NCBI GenBank assembly: GCA_016190245.1
Contig: JACPQY010000085.1
Span: 35,095-99,094 of the forward strand
DNA from: Nitrospirota bacterium
GTDB lineage: Bacteria > JACPQY01
DNA length: 64,000 bases
Reading direction: 5' to 3'
Positions 37,684 to 44,762 of the stretch are shown here, in pieces. Numbering within the stretch: position 1 is the first letter of the stretch; each line of letters opens with the position of its first letter. The translations under genes and the position numbers were made by a program. The notes beneath the pieces are model-generated. The model saw only the letters and a list, made by a program, of their open reading frames with translations. It searched no databases and was not told where the DNA came from.

Positions 37684-37745
37684 TTAGTGTGTCCATCATG
37701 TCATCATATATATCTATGCCATATGATATCAATGTCAATATCCCT
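37684..37745 (-). promoter_or_regulatory. AT-rich promoter/operator island
   Basis: TTGACA (37733-38) and TTGATA-N18-TATGAT on minus; inverted ATCATAT..ATATGAT. Confidence 0.55.
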
Positions 37746-40700
37746 ATTGCCACACGCACATCGTGGGCGGCGTGGCCAGGAATTCAGCCGACCTCGAAGT
37801 GTTCGGTTCGTCCATCTTCGGACACTCGACCATGTTGGGTTGATCCGTGTTCGGATCCGTCCCAAGCTGATAGTGCGTCGGCGGGCTGCACTCCGCTCCG
37901 GGAGCGCAGGTGAGCTGGCATTGGGCAGGTACCCCACCTGCCGGTGGCGGTCCCGCGTCGGAATAAATCGGAACGGATTGGCCCGTCGCCGGGTCTCGAA
38001 ACGTACCGGGACAGCCGCCTCCCTTGCGGATGCCGCTGTCGGAGTCCTGGGCACTCGGGTCCGCCGAGTCGAACTTCTCGGGGTAGCCGGTACACGTGCA
38101 AATCTGCTTGTCACTCCCATCCGGCAGCCGGAACCACATGCACTTGCGCATCCGGATCTTGTGCGATCCGTTGCCGAACGCAGGATCCGTGTCCGTGCAA
38201 TAGGCCACCGAGCACCCGCCCAAGAAGGCCACGCGTTTCTTGGGATCCTTCAGGCCGGTCAGCATCCGGCGGTAGAGGTCATAGCTCGAGTACGGAATGC
38301 CGACTCCCCCCGCCACGTGCTGCATGTCCGTCGCGTTGGATCGCGAACATTCGACGAGCGAGGCATCGGCGTTCCAGTCCAAGGCAGGACAGCTCAACGG
38401 ATCGGCGGGGTCTCGCGGAGTCTTCTCGGTCGTGGAGCTGTCGCACAGGCCCTTGGGCTTGATGGACTCCTCCAGGGCCACCTTCTGAGCCGCATCCGTG
38501 ATGCCACATCCGAAAACCTTGTATGCGTCTGAATCCGTCTTCCCCGCGTCGGCCAGCCAGCCACACGCGTCCTTGGGCTCGGGATGGACGGCAGGGTCCG
38601 GGGGGACCGGCTTGGGCAGATTGCGGCCGCGCCTCTGCCGCTCTTCCCAAAGCCTGAGATCGTATTCGTATTGGGCCCATTTCTCCGCGGCGACCACTTC
38701 GGGAGCGGGATTGTTCTTCAGTTGCTCGTTGAGGTCATGTGCCTCCTTGGCCAAGTCCATTCCCTGACGAATCCCGTCCTGCACAGGCTGAGGCAGCGCG
38801 CTCATCGGCGCGCTGGACAGGATCGCCTTGCCCAAAGTCGATCCCGAACCACCCAAACGAATATCCTCGTACACCTTGTCCTCAACACATCGGGCGATCT
38901 CACCGGGGCGAGGCTTGCCGGTGGGGACGCAGCCCGCGAACGGCCCGGCAGGGGACTGCGCAGCCAACGTTTCCAACGCCTGATTGGCCAAGCCTGAAAA
39001 CAAGCCCACACCGGCATCCTTGTCCCTATAGCGTTCGCGATTGACCTGGCACTGGCGGATCACATCGCGCGCCTCCAAGTCCAATGGGAGGTGCTTGACC
39101 GCCACCCCGGCCAACGCCTGGCGAACATCGGGCCTGAGGGCACCGTAGAAACCCTGCCCACAGTGCACCGAAGCAAGCGGGGCGTCGCAAAGCCGGTCGC
39201 GGGCCACTCGATTCAGCGTGGAAACATCCTGCCCCAAGTATGGGGGATTCGTGTCCAAAATCCGGCCCTGACAGCCCTGCCAAGGGTCGGGCATGGGCGT
39301 CCACACGAGGGGACACCACGGCGGGCACCGGTCGAGGCACACGCCGTCGAGGGCCGTGAAATCCCCAGCCGTGGCCGGAAGGTGAGGGAAAAGGGCCGCC
39401 ACCTCGTCGGGCGGCCGATTGAACAGATCGCCCATCTCATCGATAGTCCACTTGCCCGCCTTCCGGTCCGATTCGGACCCCCCGAACAGATCGTCGCACG
39501 CCTCCGGCGCACCGTTGCGGATTGCGCAGTGCCCTGCGTCCTCCGGCGCGACGGGCGGGATTGCATTGAGATCGCCCGGGGCACACTTGACGCGAACGGC
39601 CCCGTGAATCTTGTCCGCCAGGACTTGGCTCCCGATGGTCTGGATCGTGCCGCCAAACCGGACCACGCTGATGACCGTGTTGAGATTGCGGAACACCTTC
39701 TCGATACTCCCACCGGGAAAGGCCTGCTGGCAGGCCGGAAGCGAGGGCGTTTGCGCCACATCCGCCTTCGCAACAACACCCACCAGATCGCTGATCTCAC
39801 CCAGGCATTCGACCGCGTGCTCGACCATCGCGATGGCTTGCCGAATCTGACTGTAGAGGGTGCGCAACTTGTTGACGACGTCGACGATCTTGGCGAGGAT
39901 GGAAGCCGCCTCAATCGCGGCCAGCGCGATCTCGCAGGTGGGGCCAGAGAATACTGTCGTTACACTGCATGTTGGCGCATATTTTGCAGCTTCCGCGGCT
40001 GCCATGTCCGATAGCGAGGTCATCAGGCACTGCTGCAGCTTGCTCGTATCGCCCGCCTCGGTCCAAACGATGAACCCATAGGAACTCTGCCTGGCAAACT
40101 TCGTCGGGTCGGTGCGACGCGCAGAGACACTGTACTCGGCAGGAATGGTGATCGTGATGTTGCCGTCGGCATCATTCTCGGGTGCAAAGCAGCCCGTCTT
40201 CTCCGGCCAGATCGCGTTGAATTGGTACTTTGACGGCTCGGCGAAAACATCACCATGCTCCACAAGCTTACCGCTCAGCGCCGTGGCTGCCCGAGAAAAA
40301 CCCCGCAGGGCCATCTGGAACGACGAAAGGAGCGGGTCCGTTGATGCGACCACGCCCTTGCGGGCATACTGTTGGATCGCCGTACTCCGTCCGACCGAGT
40401 CGTCCTCCCAAATCACCTTCTTGCCCAAACCCAGTCCTTCACCGAAGCTCAGATCGAACAACCCAGTGTTCCACTGGAACCAGTCCACCTCGGAGAAGTA
40501 GACGGGAAAGATGATCGGGGTGTCCTTCTGGGGCGGAAGATAGTCCGGGATCTTGTAGTTGTTCTCTACGAGCTGGAACATTTCAGGAAGCATCGCGTCC
40601 GCCGCATGGCAGATCAGGATCTGGAAGAGTTCCGAGACAAACTCGGGGTTGTTGTACTTCCACACGTGGACATCCCGGAACTGGATTCCACCTCCGCCGG

Positions 40701-41196
40701 CGTCGTTCACACCCGTGCGACCCTTGAGATCGACCGAACTGGAAAGAAGCGTGGAGAGGCCGCCCCAATCGAATCCTGGAAGCGCGTCGCCGATCGCCTT
40801 CATCACGACCTTCTTGGACGATTCCACCTTGGTCACGTCCGCGAGCTTGCGGAGAAAGTTTGTCCCATGCGGCGGAAACAAGAGCGTCTGCTCCCGCTCG
40901 GTCACCACTTCGATGTAGTACGTGGGGACCCAGAACTTCACCTCAAACCCAAGGGGAGTTGACGCCGGTGCCGTGAACTTGAAATCGAGGCAACTGGGTT
41001 CAATGAAGCCCTCCGCGTAGATATCCGCTGTGACCCCCCAGCCCTGAGCATGCGCAGGTACCCCAGCCATGGAGACCAAGCTACTCGCGACCACCATGAT
41101 CACGTACCGCGCATTCGCTGCTCTTCTTCGGCCAAGGTAAGCCGGAAAACTAGTCGGGAGGCGCACATTGATCGCCCGCTCGGGATCATGCGCCAT
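37744..41196 (-). CDS. TraU-like N-terminal domain fused to a Cys-rich C-terminal region (about 1150 aa)
   Basis: FWVPTYYIEVV, FRDVHVWKY, VYFSEVDWFQW motifs match TraU and the 4436-7972 protein; many Cys in the C-terminal two thirds. Confidence 0.6.
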   Translation of the reverse strand: MAHDPERAINVRLPTSFPAYLGRRRAANARYVIMVVASSLVSMAGVPAHAQGWGVTADIYAEGFIEPSCLDFKFTAPASTPLGFEVKFWVPTYYIEVVTEREQTLLFPPHGTNFLRKLADVTKVESSKKVVMKAIGDALPGFDWGGLSTLLSSSVDLKGRTGVNDAGGGGIQFRDVHVWKYNNPEFVSELFQILICHAADAMLPEMFQLVENNYKIPDYLPPQKDTPIIFPVYFSEVDWFQWNTGLFDLSFGEGLGLGKKVIWEDDSVGRSTAIQQYARKGVVASTDPLLSSFQMALRGFSRAATALSGKLVEHGDVFAEPSKYQFNAIWPEKTGCFAPENDADGNITITIPAEYSVSARRTDPTKFARQSSYGFIVWTEAGDTSKLQQCLMTSLSDMAAAEAAKYAPTCSVTTVFSGPTCEIALAAIEAASILAKIVDVVNKLRTLYSQIRQAIAMVEHAVECLGEISDLVGVVAKADVAQTPSLPACQQAFPGGSIEKVFRNLNTVISVVRFGGTIQTIGSQVLADKIHGAVRVKCAPGDLNAIPPVAPEDAGHCAIRNGAPEACDDLFGGSESDRKAGKWTIDEMGDLFNRPPDEVAALFPHLPATAGDFTALDGVCLDRCPPWCPLVWTPMPDPWQGCQGRILDTNPPYLGQDVSTLNRVARDRLCDAPLASVHCGQGFYGALRPDVRQALAGVAVKHLPLDLEARDVIRQCQVNRERYRDKDAGVGLFSGLANQALETLAAQSPAGPFAGCVPTGKPRPGEIARCVEDKVYEDIRLGGSGSTLGKAILSSAPMSALPQPVQDGIRQGMDLAKEAHDLNEQLKNNPAPEVVAAEKWAQYEYDLRLWEERQRRGRNLPKPVPPDPAVHPEPKDACGWLADAGKTDSDAYKVFGCGITDAAQKVALEESIKPKGLCDSSTTEKTPRDPADPLSCPALDWNADASLVECSRSNATDMQHVAGGVGIPYSSYDLYRRMLTGLKDPKKRVAFLGGCSVAYCTDTDPAFGNGSHKIRMRKCMWFRLPDGSDKQICTCTGYPEKFDSADPSAQDSDSGIRKGGGCPGTFRDPATGQSVPIYSDAGPPPAGGVPAQCQLTCAPGAECSPPTHYQLGTDPNTDQPNMVECPKMDEPNTSRSAEFLATPPTMCVWQ

Positions 41197-41200
41197 CTGC

Positions 41201-41797
41201 TCACCTCGGCCTCTGCGGCGCAAACGCCCCGCCGAGGAATGCGGCCTTGCACTTGGGATCCTCGGGGCCATTTCTCATGATCTCTGCCGCAAGCTTGCAA
41301 GAAGGAATGTTCGCAGCGAGCTTGAACTCCTCTGTCACTCTCGCGTCGTCCGGACCATAGAAGCTACCCGTCACTTCCATGTACGGACAGAGGCTTGCGG
41401 CAGGGCTTGCGTCGACATCTGACACGCACTGTTCGTACGCCTCGATTGCTCTTCGGGAGATTGCTTCGAGGGACGTCGCAAGATTGGGGCACTCCCCGGC
41501 AATTGTCTTGTTGCCTTCCAGAGCCTCGCTCACGGCAACATTCTCAAAGGCGCGCAGACATTCCTCGGGCGTCCCATGGATTCTTACTAGGGGGGCCTCG
41601 GGTGCACACACAAATGCAACCTCGCATACTTCCTTTTTCAGGAATTTCATCGCCGCCTCGTCGAACCTTCTGACTTCGTCGCTTTTCGCGCCTCCGCTCT
41701 TCTCTTCTCCGCCGCATGCTGCAAGGGCGAGCGTGAGAAAGACGCCTCCCATTGCGAATCTCGCGCCGCCAAGCCTGAAATGAAGACGCCCGCGCAT
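41201..41797 (-). CDS. 8-Cys lipoprotein, paralog L2
   Basis: LAAC lipobox, CEVAFVC..TPEEC, 8 Cys after the lipid Cys. Confidence 0.75.
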   Translation of the reverse strand: MRGRLHFRLGGARFAMGGVFLTLALAACGGEEKSGGAKSDEVRRFDEAAMKFLKKEVCEVAFVCAPEAPLVRIHGTPEECLRAFENVAVSEALEGNKTIAGECPNLATSLEAISRRAIEAYEQCVSDVDASPAASLCPYMEVTGSFYGPDDARVTEEFKLAANIPSCKLAAEIMRNGPEDPKCKAAFLGGAFAPQRPR

Positions 41798-41810
41798 CGT
41801 TCCTCCCCTT

Positions 41811-42467
41811 TCAACCCTTCACCAAGGGTCGTTTCGACCCGCGCTCCGGGGCAAACAACAAGTCGGTGTAGCCTTGCATCACATCGCCACAGGGATCCCC
41901 AGCGCTAAGCCGCTGGAACTCCTCTAATGAGACCCTGTTGTCTTGCCGAAAAAAATAGTCCTTGCAACCCGAGCTTGAAGCCTGTCCCAGGATTCCGAAG
42001 TCATCACCATCGTAGTAGGGCGCTTCGGACACATCCACGAACTGACACAGGCTTTCATTGGGCAGCGATGCGACATCCTCCATACATGACACGTACGACG
42101 ACGACAGGCCAGTCGCGCGAAGAAACTCTGCACACCTCGCACGGTCTGGAATCTCCAGAGATCCACTGACTCGCTGGTCCATCAATGCCCGGCACTCCCC
42201 CACTGTCGCCGGCGAAACCCGGATCGAAGTAGCGCTGTCAAAGATAGCCGCTTTTCTGCCATACCCACAGGCAAATAGGACGTCACACGTCTTGTGGTAT
42301 CGGACCTGTAGTGCATGGAGGTGGTTCTCAATTGGGTCCCCCTCGTTCCCCCCTCCCTCATCCCCCCCCCCGCAGGTGGGAAGAATCGTGAAGGGGAATG
42401 TGTAAAGGGTGAGCAGCAGGGCCAGGATCGAGAACCGTGAACCGAGAATCGTGAATCGATGGGTCAT
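41811..42467 (-). CDS. 8-Cys lipoprotein, paralog L3
   Basis: LPTC lipobox-like, CDVLFAC..TVGEC, 8 Cys after the lipid Cys; SD AAGGAG. Confidence 0.75.
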   Translation of the reverse strand: MTHRFTILGSRFSILALLLTLYTFPFTILPTCGGGDEGGGNEGDPIENHLHALQVRYHKTCDVLFACGYGRKAAIFDSATSIRVSPATVGECRALMDQRVSGSLEIPDRARCAEFLRATGLSSSYVSCMEDVASLPNESLCQFVDVSEAPYYDGDDFGILGQASSSGCKDYFFRQDNRVSLEEFQRLSAGDPCGDVMQGYTDLLFAPERGSKRPLVKG

Positions 42468-42479
42468 GTCAGGCTCCTT

Positions 42480-43500
42480 TCAGAACCGCAAATCGGGAAT
42501 CGTGAATCGGAAATCGAAAACCGAGAAAGGAGAACGGCTCTTGTGGCGAACCCTGAAGCGTGAAGCGAGACCCCATGCGGCATCGGCGCCGAGGCCCGGG
42601 AGTAACGATCATGCGTTCCGTCCCATCCGCCGCCACGACCCGCCGACGCGGTCGAGCAAACGGTGAGCAGTGAACGGTGAACAGCGGGGCGAGAACCGGG
42701 AATCGGGAACGGGGGGCCAGAAGCCGAGAACCGGGGAACCGTCTGTAAAGTCTTTGGGGACGTTGCCAAGCAAAGCAACTCCCGCCGACTTCACTATGGG
42801 CCGCCCGTGACGATCGTGCGTTCCGTCCCATCCGCCGCCACGACCCGCCGACGCGGCCGCCGTGCACGAATCCGTGCGCAGATCAAGCCTCGGGAAGTTG
42901 TAGATCGCGTCGCCGTCAACGTCGGGAGGGCCGCCGTCAAAGCGGGCACGGCTCTGCGACTGCACCTTGGGGACAGGCAAGTCAGATTGCCCCATCAGGA
43001 ATGCTCCTCTCGGGGATCGCGGAACCTTCGGGACGTTGCCAAGAAAGTCAAGCTGTGCCATCGGGGGTGCTCCTTTCGGAATCGGGAATCGCAAATAGGG
43101 GAACGGGGAGCCAGGGAGCCGGGGAACCGGGAAATGCAAATCGGGAATCGGAAACTGAGAACAGCCGGTCTGGATTCCGGCTTCCACCGGAATGACGGAC
43201 CTTGACCCCGCAGCGCGCCGGATTCCCCGCCAGCCGGCGGGGAATGACGCACCCCCCTGCCGCGGCGCGGGCGCGTCTCCGAAAACCCCTCCTGTCTCTC
43301 CATAGGCATTCCCCCTCGGAATGCCCGCACCCTCGGTTCTTCGGCTCGCCCTCTCCGCCACGGCGGACTCGCCTGATCCTCGGGTACTGGGCCTTCGTGG
43401 CCCGCACCGCTCGAAATCCCGCCTCACCTTCCCGGCTCGGCCGGTACTCACGGCACGGGGTCGTCCTGGCCCGCCACTCCACCTCTCTGGTGAGGTTCCC
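42480..43500. repeat. Repeat-dense intergenic mosaic
   Basis: Blocks homologous to 12071-12282, 10958-11030 and 9705-9911, heptamer tracts, and a GTCATTCCGG..CCGGAATCCAG-type palindrome near 43168-43197. Confidence 0.8.
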
Positions 43501-43731
43501 TGACTCATCCCCTACCATGGGCCACCTGATCGCGCAAGCGCAGCACGGCAGTCGGCAGCGGGCAGCCGGACCACCTGTCCGGGCGAGTGTATTGGAGTAT
43601 GCCGTCCCCGGTAATACCGGTGGTATGGGGGATGCCGGGTAAATCCCTGCCGGAACGTCGGAATCGTCGCCGGCGGGTCCGCTCTCCAATCGCTCGATCC
43701 CCGGGGGCGTGAACGGTGCTACAATGCCCCC

Positions 43732-44109
43732 ATGAGCGTCATCCAGAAGTCGATCACGCTGGAAGGCTCCAAGCGCCGACGCCGCGAGGAGGCTCTCTTC
43801 AACAGCGGCGCCACCTACTCCTGCATCCGGGAGGACGTGGCGCGCTCCTTGGACCTGTTGATCCCCCTGCCTCGCCCCCTCCGCTTCGGAACCGCCGAGA
43901 ATGGCCATACCGTCAAGGCCACACACGCGGTCCGCCTCGACTTCCGAATCGGGCGATACCGGTTCTCGGATGAATTCATGGTCATCCCATCGCTCTCCGA
44001 ACCCGTCCTCATCGGCGCCGCCACACTCCAGAAGTGGCGGTTCAAGCTCGACTTCGAGAACGACGAGGTGATCATCGACCCAAGGGTCACGAAGCTCAGG
44101 CTGCTGTAG
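43732..44109 (+). CDS. Retropepsin-like protease, copy 2, with catalytic Asp replaced by Asn
   Basis: ALFNSGATYSCI (AAC codon); same C-terminus as the other copies; TGCTACAAT-N6-ATG. Confidence 0.85.
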   Translation: MSVIQKSITLEGSKRRRREEALFNSGATYSCIREDVARSLDLLIPLPRPLRFGTAENGHTVKATHAVRLDFRIGRYRFSDEFMVIPSLSEPVLIGAATLQKWRFKLDFENDEVIIDPRVTKLRLL

Positions 44110-44262
44110 GCCGCACGCTTCGCAAGGAATTGAGATGCCTTCCTGGCATCTCTTTGCTGCTCCGCGTACAGGCCATCCGTGGCCGCACGCCTCGCGAGGA
44201 GTTGAGATGCCTTCCTGGCATCTCTTTGCTGCTCCGCGTACAGGCCATCCGTGGCCGCACGC
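44109..44262. repeat. 72-bp tandem repeat (2 copies plus 10 bp) containing two hairpins
   Basis: GGCCGCACGC starts at 44109, 44181 and 44253; GAGATGCC-TTCCT-GGCATCTC and GGCCA-TCCG-TGGCC stems. Confidence 0.9.
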
Positions 44263-44297
44263 CTCCACTCCCGCCCCACGCGATGCGGCAGGTCTCC

Positions 44298-44321
44298 GGT
44301 CCATGGTCAAGCTCTGACCCC
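44298..44321 (+). repeat. Solo copy of the RAYT terminal repeat upstream of protease copy 3
   Basis: GGTCCATGGTCAAGCTCTGACCCC. Confidence 0.85.
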
Positions 44322-44352
44322 CCAAGGCTTTGAACCGTGCTACAATGCCCCA

Positions 44353-44730
44353 ATGAGCGTCATTCAGAAGACGGTTCAGCTGGAGGGATCGAAGGGAGCC
44401 GCCGAGTCCCCCGCCCTGTTCGACAGCGGAGCAAGCTATTCCTGCATCAGCCCCGATCTCGCCTCTCAACTCGGCACGCTTGAGCCACTCCGCCGACCCC
44501 TTTCGCTCGGGACCGCCAAGAACGGCGACACCCTGACCGCGACACACCGAGTGACCCTCGATTTCTACCTCCAGGGCTTTCATTTCTCGGACGAATTCCT
44601 CCTCATCCCAGACCTTTCCGAGCAGGTCATCATCGGCGCCGCCACACTCCAAAAGTGGCGGTTCAAGCTCGACTTCGAGAACGACGAGGTGATCATCGAT
44701 CCCCGGGTCACGAAGCTGCGGCTGCTCTAA
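44353..44730 (+). CDS. Retropepsin-like (clan AA) aspartic protease, copy 3
   Basis: ALFDSGASYSCI; TGCTACAAT-N6-ATG. Confidence 0.88.
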   Translation: MSVIQKTVQLEGSKGAAESPALFDSGASYSCISPDLASQLGTLEPLRRPLSLGTAKNGDTLTATHRVTLDFYLQGFHFSDEFLLIPDLSEQVIIGAATLQKWRFKLDFENDEVIIDPRVTKLRLL

Positions 44731-44762
44731 CGGTCGCCGCCGTTCCACGGACTCTCCACCCT

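Noticed and set aside
10958-43045. Sigma54 promoters at the four TGGCAACGTCCC motifs
   Set aside because: The -12 TTGC element is missing at the required spacing; these are parts of repeat blocks.
44109-44262. CRISPR array
   Set aside because: Whole 72-bp units are near-identical with no unique spacers, and no cas genes are in the window.
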